Below, piece by piece: positions 25,101 through 37,709 of a DNA stretch of 64,000 nucleotides (positions within the stretch are counted from its first letter, which is position 1; each line of letters starts with the position of its first letter). The notes beneath the pieces are model-generated. The model was not told where the DNA came from. It did not search any database and saw only the letters and a list, made by a program, of their open reading frames with translations. Source of the DNA: Cycas panzhihuaensis (taxonomy: Eukaryota > Plantae > Cycadophyta); NCBI GenBank assembly GCA_023213395.1, contig CM041465.1, positions 49,607,741-49,671,740 of the forward strand. Reading direction: 5' to 3'. The position numbers were made by a program, and so were the translations under genes.

Positions 25101-28100
25101 CCATGTGGACTTGGTGATATCCTGAGGCCATGTCAATTTTGGTGAAATATTTAGCTCTTTTGAGTTGATCTAGCAAGTCGTCGATGCATGCAAGAGGATA
25201 CCAATTTTTTTCTCTGATTTTATTTAGATCCCTATAGTCAATGCATAATTGCCATTCTTTGTCCTTTCTAGGGATCAACAACGTTGGGGAGCCACAAGGA
25301 GAGCAGCTTGGTTGAATTTTTCCTTCTTCAGCTAATTGGGTGAATTGGCGATCCAATTCAATGCGTGAAATTGGGGTTGTTCGATATGGAGCTAGATTTG
25401 GGAGGGGTGACCCTAAGAAAAAGTCAATGGCATGTTGTATGGCTCGTTTTCATAGAAGTCATTTGGGCTCTTCGAACACATCGAAATACACATCTAAAAG
25501 AGCTTGTATTGTTGTTGGTGAAACTTTGTTACAATTAGCTTTTTCAACTTGTTAGACTACATAAAGTACCATTTGTTTAGAATTATTGGCTAGTTTAATT
25601 GCTTGATTCCCTGTAAGAAGTGTCATGGATGGAGAAGTAGTAGTTGTAGATGTGAAGTTGTATGTCTTTCCATCTTTGTGGAGTGTATAAGTGTTGTGAA
25701 ATCCATCATATAATGCCCAACGATCATGCTAGTAGGGATGCACAAGTATGATGGCACTACAATCCATAGGGGTAACATTGCAATTGATTGTGTCGATGAA
25801 TGATGGGATAACAAATGTGATGCTGCAGGTCTTGTCAAGTGTGGCAATTTGTCCACTAGTTGTGACCCATCCAGGAGTGTATGGTTTTGGATGTGGTTTG
25901 GTGGGTAACTGCAGGGAGTACACTAAAGATTTAGAGACTAAATTCTTCATGCTTCTGTTGTTGACGATGCAAAGAGCTTCTTGATCTTTAACTTGACAAT
26001 TTTGAGTGAATAGTTGCTCTCTGTCTTGTGTCGAATATTCAATTGTCATGAGTACCACCTATAGATCTAAAGCTTTTGGGTTGGCTACAATAATGATTTC
26101 TTCTTGTTCTAGTGTTGTGTGTGGCTCTAGGATTAAGGTGAAGGTTTTTTGTTGTGCCTCACATTTGTTATCTATGTGTTCATAGCATTTTTTAAAAGAG
26201 CAATACTTCTTGGAGCCCATGGTTGGTGACCACTAAGATTTGGGCCTTAGATGAAGAAGTAGGTTATGTGAAGGGCAATTGAGGTGTTTTTGGCTTTTGT
26301 TGTAGTTTGCCTTTGATCTTGATGCCTAGTTAGAAGGCTACCTCTAGTGTAGAAATTTAGAGTATGTCCATTTCTCACTAATGTATGAGAAGAGGCCTCC
26401 AATGAACTTAAGCTTGAGAATGTGATCTAAATCGGTAACCTCCAACTAGATGGAAAGCTTAAGGAGCTCACCGATGTACTACTAGATTGAATGCCTTGAA
26501 GTTTGTCGTAACTGTAGCCATCATGTGGTGAGCTTGTCCATCTACCCCAATGGGTAAAATCATTTGCAAATGGCTATTTTGAAATCACTTTAGTTCGCAA
26601 TGGATTGTTGGCATAAGAGGGCTTACCACCAGCTTAAGGCTTGATCATCCATGTGTTCTTCAATAATCATTATCTTTTGGAACTTTGTTAATTGTTGTGT
26701 CTTGAAGTATGCTTTAAGACTATGGAGCCATGCATCTATTTTTTCTACATTAAAGGTCCCCTCAAAAAATCGAATATTGATATTTGTGTCTAGCTTCAAA
26801 GAGGACCATTGAATAGAAGTGTTGTGGGGACTACCTACTAGTACAAAAGCTGTTGGAACATGGTCATCATGCTAGCGACCAAGTTATATTGAAATGTCTG
26901 AGCATCTTGGCATTGCTCTTTGAGTTCTTATGCCAATAATTGGGCAATTTCATCAATGGAGTGTCCCTCTTACTTGTGAGACATTGTGAACAAGGTGGGG
27001 TATGCCTGCTTGCTAGGCTATATGTCCAAAGTGTGATGAGTACACCTACCTATGAGGGCCGATAGTTGTATGCCTTTGCTACAAAAATAATGCTTGTGAT
27101 GGGGTATGCCTATTTTTGAGGGCTTATGACTATATGCCCATGAAATGTTATAAGTTCTTTTTTTTTGGTGGTAATAATATAAAGAGACAAAAAACGAAAA
27201 GCCTTAAGAGCAAAGGCAAGAAATGCTAATGCCTAAATGACTTTTTTTTTTTTGGGTGGGGCGGGGGGGGGCGGGGGGTGTGGGGAAATCAATTTAGAGG
27301 TAGTGTATTATAAAATGATTTTTGTAAAAGGGAATTACCTTAGGCTAAAAGAAAGATTAGAAAGGGAATATTCTAAAGAATATGCTAATTAAAATATAAT
27401 CTCCTACTTTGGAGAAAATAACCTTGCCAAAATGTCATAGGTCAATTTGTTTCTACATCTACGCGATTTCGTGTGTTTTATTGAGTTCAAACCTAGAGTG
27501 ACAATGCCTGGATGTGCCTGATGATGCCTGCAATTTAACCAATCAGGTTTCAGATCTTTGATCTTTGTCCTTTATGGGCTCACATAATTTGATATCGAGT
27601 ATTACTACACAAATTATGAACACAAATCTATGGAGACAGTCAAATATACATGGAAATCTACTCCTCTTCCGAATAGACCTGCGATCATTGGTGTGTCTTC
27701 CCTTGCTAGGGTTTAGTGCTTACTTTTTCCCACTAGAATGAAAACAACACCCATCGCTTAGAGTAGAGTCATCACGTTCGACTGAAAATAGAGGACACCA
27801 AATTTGACTCAAGCCTGAGTTTACTATGTCGTAGTCTTCTAAACAGGTCTAATGACTCGTAATGATGGATAACAAGCTTGCAATGAATTTTTTGAGGATG
27901 GACAGATCAGATCTATTGACAAAGCCTTCAGATCTAGAACTCAATCTATTGAGGCTTCAACAAGATGCTTGCAGAGATGGATTATGGCAAGAAGAAGGAA
28001 AAACATTGATGCTAAGATCCCTAGAGTCCAACTAGGCTCTGATACCAAATTGATGAGCACTAAGAGAGAGAAAGAACGAGTAGACTTGAAAACCCCAAGG

Positions 28101-28281
28101 GAGGAAGTGAAGAATGAGATTTCTTCTTCCCTTGATGTATTCCTGAAATGATCATTAGTATATATACATATGTTGGTGGGGTTCATGCAAGGACACTTCT
28201 CATCCATGTAGTAGTTGTTCCACCTAACTATTGAATATCCTATATACTAAACAAACATTATGAGTAATGAGTTTTTCATCA
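22191..28281 (-). mobile_element. Full-length degenerate Ty3/Gypsy chromovirus, CRM-like
   Basis: LTRs 28051-28281 (5') and 22191-22495 (3'), about 89% identical. Perfect TAACT TSD. Intact Met-i PBS (gctctgatacca, 28036-28047) and a PPT. Protease region REQLF...LQLPTKPHPKPY, RT DTWKTTFKT..LYEWLVMDFGLTNAP, integrase GPY/F, and a chromodomain-like tail at 22500-22680. Confidence 0.95.
24032..24365. repeat. Tandem duplication, 2 x 167 bp, inside RNase H of the CRM-like element
   Basis: Units start at 24032 and 24199, with about 8 mismatches. Confidence 0.95.
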
Positions 28282-28288
28282 TAACTCC

Positions 28289-28626
28289 TGTGGACTTGAT
28301 CGAAACAACCAATATAAACAACAAATCTCGGATGATAACTCAACAATAGTAGCATATAGTAATCCACACAACAAAAATAACAGTAGATCACAACATGCAA
28401 ATAACTGAATAATAAATGAAGTTGATTAATAATTCAGTAATAAATAGGAAAGTTGAAATGGCATGACTTTGCCTCAGGCATTGAAGCGCCAAAAATAGGA
28501 TCTTAATCTATTATAACAAAAGAATACGCGTGCATCAGAAGGTAGGACTTCCCCTATTTATAGGTATCAAAATGGCCCTCCTTTTAAAACACTGACTTCA
28601 TAATAATATTAAAGTTACCAACTTCC

Positions 28627-28661
<35 letters not shown>

Positions 28662-31600
28662 TACCAACTTCCACTTAATAGTTTTTGGGATTACTACAAT
28701 CCATCCCTCCTTCAGAAAATACTTCACCCTCGAAGTATTGTTATTTGTGTTTGTAGATCCAAGGCATGTACTTTTTTGCACAATGCTATCTGCACTTCTT
28801 CAATCCATCACTTGTTAAGGCCAAAATATCATAGACATTGAGTTCATCTTATGCAGTCTTCTCAAAGCAACCATATGTATGTTGTTTGTGGTAGTGCCCT
28901 ATTTAAGATGGCTCTTATACAAGACTCTACACTTGAACGATCTTGAGACCCCTATGTAGTGTCTTCAACTTGCCCAAGGTATCGTGTTCCATTTGCACAT
29001 AGTGTCCATTTATAGTTATCCTTGAAAGGGAAATGAGAGGATGGGGAAGAAATATATGGGTTATGGAAATTATATTAAGGAAGTTGATGTAGAAAATCTT
29101 GAGGATAAGGAGTAAGGGAATAAGAGTAGTGAAGTCTAATTGGGGATTGGCCTATGAGTGAAATAGAAGGTCAATAGGGTAGTGATGAGAGATGTGGAAT
29201 GGAAACAACAGAGAGGCCCATGATGACAATGAAGTACGTAAGAAGGGCACGCAAGGAAAGAAGGTTGAGAAAGGGATTTTAGAGTACGAGGAGAATATAT
29301 GGTGTAGGAGAGTAATTGTGCCAATAGATTTGTGTGAGTGAAATGTGTGGAGGGTGAAGATAAAGATGAGATTCGATGGGAGAGATGTATGGAAATTGTG
29401 TGGGAGAAGTAGAATGCAAGGGATATTACACACGAGGGAAGTTATAGGCTGACAGTCATGAAGGGAAAGGAAAGGAGAAACAAGAAGGATAGAGGATACT
29501 AATGAGTTGTATTAGGGGGAAGGTTAGGAGGTAGCATATAACAATATTTTATGGGGGAATGTGATATATGAAGGGTAGGTAGAATAAAAGATAGACTAAA
29601 GGAAATTGTGGATAATGAGGATGATGTCATACAAAATGCAAGGTAAATGAATTTGGACCCACTAGTGAGCTTAGTGTTTGAGAGGTTTAAAGGGAATGGA
29701 TAAGGGATAAGGGCTAAACATTCTTTATGGGAAAGGGATTTTGATAGGAGCATGTGAAGGTGATTTGTAGAGTAATGCAAATGGCTAAGGGAAAAATATA
29801 CAAGGCAATAAGAGGTTTGATGGTAAAGTGAGTTGGGATGTGGAGGGGAAAGAGTCAATGTTTTGTAGAGGGGATGTATAGCCCTAGAACTAGGGCATGA
29901 AACATGTTGAAATGAGAGTAGAAGATGAGGAGTATGGGGATGGTGATAAAGAGATTTTCTAAGGAATGAGACACAGAGATATCTCAAGTGAGACAAGGAT
30001 TTTGTCTATTAGGAGTTAGGGTTTTAGGACTTCAAGTTTTACTTCAGTTATAGGATCTTGTTATATAGAGGGTGAGGGATTTTTCAAAGCTATAGAGTTT
30101 GAAAAATCAAAATCAATAAGGAAACTTCTAAAAGAAATTGACAAGTGCAAGATAGAATTGAAATGTTGAGAAAGTACCTTTTTAGAGGTGTCACATATCT
30201 CAAGTCTTGTCTCAAGTTCCTCATTGATAGGTATTTCCTTGCTTGATTCATGCATGTCACTTGTCTTGTCATCATAGTGTTCATCAATAGGCTCTTTGCT
30301 TGATTATTCTTCAATCTACTCGATTGGTTTTTCCCTTTTTTCCATCCAATCCCTTGTCTTCTCCTAAAGCACTTCTAGTTTGGCTATCACTTCTTGAATT
30401 GCATCTTTGACTCTTGATAGGGTTTGTTGCTGACTTTTTTCCTTGTCTTCTTTCTGCCATTTTCTAGGAAGCTTTTAAGATTGTCATCAATTTTTTACTC
30501 TCCCAAATGTTTGTACCGCCACTTCTTGATCCTTTTTATCAAACTTGATTAAAAAACATCTTGAGAAAGTTACCCAATTAACCCAAAGAAATTAATTAAT
30601 ACCCACTCACAAGCCTTTCCATACAAATGTAGCATAATAATGAGGAAATAATCACATTTTATTGTTTGGGGTGAGATTTTAATGCCTGCTTCAATCTTAT
30701 CCATCCATTCTATGGGGTATACTCTAGCATCTCCAGTGAAAAGAGGAATGTCTACATGATGTTCCATAATTCCCTTATAGGGCCCCATCATTAAGTATCA
30801 ACTTTCAATGGAAAGTATTACATCAAATCAACTCCAAAATGCATCAAATCAAAGCTCAAAACAACAACATCTATGTCAGGATTCTAATGGTTCAAACAAA
30901 ATCAAATTCTAACACCTATAACAGAAGTTCTAACTGAAAATGTCCAAGTACCTCTTTTGAAAAATTGAACTAAAAAAAATAAAAACTTTTAGCCCTTTGG
31001 ATCTCTAACCCCTAGTCACCCAAACTTCCAAGCGACCACCTGTTGGCAACTAGGGGATAGTAGACTTCAAGTGAAATTTTTATCCACTTAAATTTATAAC
31101 AAATTTTTGGGAAAAAAATTATCTCCTCCTCAAATTTTCACCTATTTGGCAAAGCAATTACTTAATGGCAAATTCAAACAAATTTTTTTTTCCTTCAACA
31201 AGGGCGGATTCTTCAATTTGGTCCCTCTATTTCCTTCTTGTGTGTGTGGGTATAACCACTACTAGTTATCACCCAACTATAACCTTATTATAGGCTAGGC
31301 AGTGTACCAAGAGCATTGACATTTTCTCCTCCAACTTCTCCCACACACAGATTTCCTATGATGATCCTCCTCATGTTTTCCTCTTAATCACTTCATTGTG
31401 GCCCTCCTTAACTTTTTTCGATCTTCACTGAGTGTTTGATTCTTTGCCTCGCAGACATTCTTTGTGATGACCTTACATCTTCCTAGAGGGCATGTCAAAT
31501 AGCTCTACGGTGAGTCGAGCTCCCTTCCCACTCATTAATAGGTTGCCTCGCCAACCCCAACTCTTCAAACTCTTATGTGCTAATATTCTTTATGCCAACA

Positions 31601-31921
31601 AACATCCTTGCTAGTGATCTGCATCAATATTGCTCATGAAGAATCAACTCAGACGAATAATACGTTGCATCACACAAGTCCCAACATATGCCTCTTCCAC
31701 AGTAAGGAAGTTTCATCAAATGGTATGGGAGCATTCCCTCAAACAATCCCCTAAAACCTTGTGTATACAATGGGCTCAATCTGTGAATGCCAACAAACTC
31801 AATTTCCAACTACCTACGAACTTATTGCTCCTTCACAGCAAGACGAACAATAACATGGACATTTCAATTGCCCAACAATGGCTCCAATACCAAGTGGTGT
31901 GGACTTGATCCAAATAATCAT
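28289..31921 (-). mobile_element. Non-autonomous Gypsy (chromovirus-type) derivative lacking recognisable pol
   Basis: 3' LTR 28289-28698 with PPT and a chromovirus-like terminal FEGEVFSEGGMD. gag N-terminus VDIPLFTGD...PIEWMDKIE (30570-30791). PBS relic gctccaatacca (31881-31892) followed by a ~25-bp remnant of the 5' LTR (tgtggacttgatc). Confidence 0.7.
28628..28659. repeat. (AAT)10 microsatellite inside an LTR
   Basis: Direct reading of the sequence. Confidence 0.95.
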
Positions 31922-32949
31922 TGATGAAGCAACTACACTACATTGTGACAAATACATTATATTGTGTTAAATAAATTCAATTGGCTTGTTCCTAGATACA
32001 AAACTCACAACCAATTCAACATCTATATATTAAATCGTGCAATATTAATTAATACTTAAATGTTAAAGAAACAACTACTTGTTTCAATACAATGGTGGAA
32101 CTGTTTACCTCTACCTTCACCCTATGAAGGTACACTTATCAAGGTGGTCACTTTCTGGTAGTCTAGTTAGGGCTTGGTCAGCATAATCATGTTATCACTC
32201 TCTATTCAAATATCATAACATCAAGTAACCATCATATATCATCACCATGCCATCATATCAATCAATATAAATTCATAACTTAACAATCATCATGCATAAG
32301 ATACACAGTATTTCCACGTAACTTGTTAATTCATTAAGTAATATCACTGTCAATGTTTGTACATCACTAGAAAGGAACGTTTGACATGCATTCCATACAA
32401 AACCATATCATCCAATACAATAACTCAACTCTCACACCAAAATGGGGGGAAAATGTCAATAAATACCCATTTACATGTCCTTTGGGGGGAATGGTGGTGA
32501 CTTATGGTCACAACCATTCTATTTCATAACAAAGTGCCTTTTCAATATGATTACATTACACATCATTAATTACACTTTATTTCATATGTACAACTGTGGA
32601 TATGCATACCTCATGATGTTGTCAACATCCCTGGGAAGTACAACTCTAATCTGAGTGTACATTCCTTGCATTCCTCACTATGCATTCTACGTACGTTCCC
32701 AACTATGTTGTGTTCCTTTTAAGAATGCACCCTATCATGCATTCCCCAAAAGCCCAATCTTGTCCTTTTTCATTGTTTTCTACCATGCATTCCACTGTGC
32801 ATCCTCTTGGTGATGCATTCCCATATTGCTCAAGTTAGGATAAGCATGCATTCCTACTTTTCCACTGTTTAAAATGGCCCAGGTACTAGATTTAACCCCA
32901 ACATCTATCCCGGGTCAGCAAAAAGGGTTGAGCATCCTTGTTCAATTCA

Positions 32950-35900
32950 AAATTTCAAAATTTTTTATTTTGCTTCTCCCCCACTCTATATCAAGGCTAC
33001 TTGTGCTACCGTGGCTCTATTGAAGCTTCACTTGCTTTTAGTATGTCTTCATTGACTTGGGTGAATGTGGCTATTATTGCATCTTTCTCCTCTAACTTTT
33101 CATCGAAAATGGCAATTTCTGACTTGTAACTTGCTTCCATTTCCTCCACCAATCGAATAATTTGACTTTTCCCTTCTATTGATGTTGCATGTAAAGATGT
33201 TTCTCCTAGTTCAATAACAATAGGGAATTCTTCTTCAATTGGGGCCCATTCTTCCAATGAAGGTTCAATCTCCACTTCTTCTTCTTCGTTCTCTTCTCAT
33301 CGTCGTTTGGTGCTCTTTTTTACCACTTGTTTTGAACGATGATGAATTGGGCTACCTAGCACTTGCTACAACCATTTCAATATCTTTGCCATTTCTTTTT
33401 TCACTTTCCTTTTAATCTTCATATCCTAAGTGGAATCCGGAAATGCTTCCACTCATTGTTTGATCAATTGCTCCTACAATTGAATTGGCTATTATAATGG
33501 TTGTACTCCTGGACATTGATGTATTAAGATGGCCAACAACAATGAGGGATGCCTAAAGGGATGAGTGGTGACCTCTTGAATCTAGTGTTCATGTTTATGG
33601 CCAAGAATTCAGAACAATGCAGCCATACTCCATCTCAAATCTAGGGCAACATTGCCATCATGCCTCCTAGAATATGTGTGTATTTCTGTTTACATAGAAA
33701 TTGGGTAAAAATCGCCTTTGCTACCCACTATAATTTGACATCCCTGATGTCCACCACTCCAATTCCATCGAAGAATATCTAGGTATTCCCCTTGCACAAC
33801 TCTCTTACCTATGTCTTTGAACCACCTCTAACTATTTGGTAGAAGTTGAAACATTCCCTTCTTTGGGAAGTCCAGTAATAGCATGGATAATGTCTGCATT
33901 CAATTGAATGCATCCTACATTCTTCTTCAACTCTAGTAGGATTTGTTCCATTAATTTTGGGTCTCAATACAATGGAGCTAAGTGTATGTATTCTCCCCAT
34001 CCTACTTGTTTGACTTTGGTCTTAAATGAAGCCGATAACCCTTGCAACTTTGCTTTCAACTTGGGAGATGGTTTTCCTGACACCTTGCAGTCCTCACTTT
34101 AGACAAAATGGAAAAATAGGAAGCAATGCTTAACACTAATAGGAGAAAATGGTGAAATTTAGGGGCTTTATGTGGAAAACCTACAATATGTTTTGTATAT
34201 TCACCATGAGAATGTATGACAACTTTCACTAAAGAACTCACTATCACTACAACTAGAATCCTTGTTCTTGGTAGTTTGAGTCACTTTGGAGCTTTGTCGT
34301 GTCGAAATGAGGCTTGAATTGTTGGTTTAGCACTTTTATTTCCATTTTACACTGTGTTCCCCATTGGAATGCTTGCAAGAATGTATAGTATTATTTTTCA
34401 TCTTGTGTACTTCTGTTATATGCGTTCTCGATATGTTCCCTTTTGGAACATACAATGTATTTTAGAGGAATATATACTTAAAATTCATCCCTCAATTTTT
34501 TTTTTTTAACAATCACTATTTTTCCTTTTTTTTCAACAACCATTATTTTTCCCTTTTTTTCTATTTTCTTTTTCTCAACAATCACTAGCTTTCCTCTCTC
34601 TTTTTTTTTGATATTGCCATATTGCTTAATGTATGATAGGAGTTATGATTATTTTTTCCTTTTTTTATTATTTTTTGGTATTTTTTATTTACGCACTAAA
34701 CTAGAATCACATTTTAGCACTGAGACAACCTCGATTGTCTCCAACGTCAAGCAACACAATATGATACAACTAGTTGATTCCTCTAGTAGGATGGTTGTAC
34801 TCTAATTGTGGTAGGGTTTCAACCAGTTGCCATTGACCAAGGTTGACAGTTGTAACCCATCAATTTCCTTTAGTCTTACTGAACCATTCTTGAAGATCCT
34901 ATCAATGATATATGATCCTAACCATTGCATTTCAACTTCCCCAAGTGTGTATGAAATTTGCTATCATACAATAAAACTTTGTCACCTTCTTGAAACTGGG
35001 GTGCTCTTAGGTGGCAGTCGTGCCATGCCTTCTATTGCATCTTTTCAATATTTTGCAGCCATTTCCCTCTATGCCTCATCTCCTCAAGCTAAAATAGTTA
35101 TCATAACCTTTCCCATACAGAATGAAAATCGTCAAGTCGGCAAGTCATGGCAGCTCTTAAACTTGATATCTCTAAGTCAACTAGAATGATGGCCTCCATT
35201 CCATACACCAATTGGAATGGTGTTTGTCTAGTTGTTCTTTTATATGTTGTGCGAAAAGTCCATAATATTGATGGTAGCTTCTCCAGCCAAATCTGATCTA
35301 CCCACATCACAAATATTCTGTAGCCAATTTTTACTTTTTACTTGACCATTTGCTCTGGGGTAATAGGGTGTTCATTTCCAATGGCTAATCATAAATTTAG
35401 ATGTCGATTCTTCCATTACTTAATTTAGAAAATGTGAACCCTAATCTCTCACAATCTCCAATGGACATCCATAGCGTGCAATAATCACCTCAAATAGAAA
35501 TCTAGCTATGCTTTCAGAATTTGCTTTCCTCAATGGTTGTGCTTCTACCCATTTAGTCATGTGATCTATTGCTACCAGAATGTATCAAGTTTGAGATCAT
35601 TGAGATGTTAGTTTGATAGGCCCAATGAAGTTGAGGCCGCATTTCTCAAATAATCACCTCATATAGAAATCTAAGTATGCTTTCAGAATTTGCTTTCCTC
35701 AATGGTCATCCTTCTACCCATTTAGTCATGTAATTCATTGCTACCAAAATGTATCAAGGTTGAGATCATTGAGATGCTAGTTTGATAGGCCCAAAGAAGT
35801 TGAGGCCCCATTTCTCAAATGGTGCCAATGGTAAGATTGGGTTAGGGGCTGAAAGTTGTGATAGCTTGGCTTCCCCACTTACTGACAGTAGTTGCATTTC

Positions 35901-36101
35901 TTCATCCACTTTCTAATATCTTCAAACAAAGTGGGCCACTAAAATCGTATTGATAGCACCTTCTTGCCATCTTACCCATGTATCCTCTAGCCACACCTTC
36001 ACATACTTGGATCATTATTTGCTCAATCTCGTGAGGTTTGACACAATGATGAAGTACTTCATCAAGTCCAAGGCTATACAATTCAACCTAGATGAGTTGG
36101 T
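32950..36101 (-). mobile_element. Gypsy-A: 3' part (integrase plus additional 3' ORF) of a non-chromovirus Gypsy; cut by Copia-2
   Basis: Integrase ELYSLGLDEVLHHCV.., FEKWGLNF, LWTFRTTYKRTTRQTPFQLVYGMEA is homologous to Gypsy-B. Decayed extra ORF at ~33006-34110. The 3' LTR could not be delimited. Confidence 0.85.
35481..35818. repeat. Tandem duplication, 2 x 169 bp, inside the Gypsy-A integrase
   Basis: Units start at 35481 and 35650, with about 14 mismatches. Confidence 0.95.
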
Positions 36102-37261
36102 TGTAGAAATCTCAAATAGAATGAATGAGATAAAACTCACTTATATTATTATGGAATGGAATGCCTCCTTAAATATACATGAGAGAATGTAACCGAAACA
36201 AGTACATTTGACACGTGTCAGACAAGTATCTAAGTAACATAAAGAGAGGTTAAAACATTTTCCCTTAGAGAACCTAGGATAAAACATTATATTCTAACAC
36301 CCTCTCTTAATGTTTTATCCTTTTAAACCTATTCTATCTCTAAGAGACTAAAATCTATCTCTTCTAAGTGGTTTAGTCGAAATATCAACAACTTGCTCTG
36401 CTATAGAACAGTATGCTAAATCAATTTCTTTGTTATACAACTTCTTTCATATGAAATGATGATGCATTTCTATGTACTTTATTTGTGCATGAAGGATTGG
36501 TTTCTTGATCAATTTTATTGCACTTTGATTATCACACAGTAGTGTTGTTGGTCTCTATTGATGTTGATCCAAATCCATTAGTAATTATCCTAACTAGACT
36601 ACTTTACATGTTGCATTGATAACTAATTTGTACTCTGCTTTAGTTGAGAAAAGTGCTACTGCTGGTTGCCTTTTACTACACTAGGAGATAGTTGTTGTAC
36701 CTAAGAAGAAACAATATCCACTTGTAGATCTCCTTTTTTTTTTGTCTCCTGCCCAGTCAAAATCACAGAATCCTATCAATTGAGCTAATTTCTCTTTGGG
36801 ATATCCTAGCTTTAGGTTGACTGTTCCTTTTAGATATCTGAGTGTTCTTTTGAGTGCTTTCCAATGCCTTATTCTGGGCTCCTATATATATCTACAAACC
36901 AAACCCACTGAATCTGGAATGTCTAGTCTGGTAGCAGTGATATATATCAAACTTCCAATCAACTGCCTGTATAGGGTGGCATCAACTGTAGGTTCTTCTT
37001 CATCAGGGACTAAATTACAGTTCACTTCCATGGGAGTTGCACATTGGTTGCAATTCTCCATTTGAAACATAGTTAGCAAATTTTTGATGTATTTGCTCTG
37101 TGACAATGTGATTGGCTCTTTATTTTGACCAACTTTTATCCCCAGGTAGTAGTTCAATGAACCCAAATCTGTCATCCCAAATTCCTTTTCTAGCAAACTT
37201 TTTATATTTGTGATTGATTCCTATGTGCGGCCAAAATACTTGCATATTTTGAGTAGATGAG

Positions 37262-37511
37262 GTGCAACTAGCACTACAGCAAGTGCAATTGAAACTGGGA
37301 ATAAGTGTAACCAGACCTGGACAGATGCAGTTAGGTGCAACCAGTGCTACAACAAGTGCAATCAGAACTGAGAATAAGTGCAACCAGGCTTGGACAGATG
37401 CGGTTAAGTGCAACCAGCGCTAACAACAGGTACAACCAGGACTGACAACAAAGCAGTCAAGTGCAACTTGGACCGATGACAAGTGCAACCCGGGCAGGGG
37501 ACGATGCAACC
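37262..37511 (+). promoter_or_regulatory. Array of 11 RTGCAAC motifs in the U3 of the Gypsy-B 5' LTR (also 46266-46513 in the 3' LTR)
   Basis: Motif starts at 37262, 283, 305, 335, 356, 378, 408, 430, 461, 483 and 504, built on a 73-bp higher-order unit and upstream of a TATATAAAA box (~37600). The regulatory role is inferred. Confidence 0.7.
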
Positions 37512-37709
37512 AGGTGAGGCGGTAATCCGAGCGAGATTAGTTAGAATTTGTAATTAAAAGTTGACAAAGTAGTTATGTAACTGTGTAACTGTAGGATAGA
37601 TATATAAAAGAAGAAGTAAAGATGGAATAGGGTGTGTGTATCATTGTGAATCCTTGTAAGCAGTCTAGTCTACGACTGTACTTGTTCAGGCCTATGTCTG
37701 GTTGTGAGA

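Noticed and set aside
31920-31970. DEATTLHCD resembling Copia RNase H
   Set aside because: No continuation on either side.
32090-32950. PPT-like gggggga at ~32445 and possible LTR boundaries for Gypsy-A
   Set aside because: No partner LTR or TSD in the window, and the orientation conflicts with Gypsy-A.
37262-37511. CRISPR-like repeat-spacer array
   Set aside because: The 7-bp core has self-similar spacers, lies inside paired LTRs, has no cas genes, and the context is eukaryotic.
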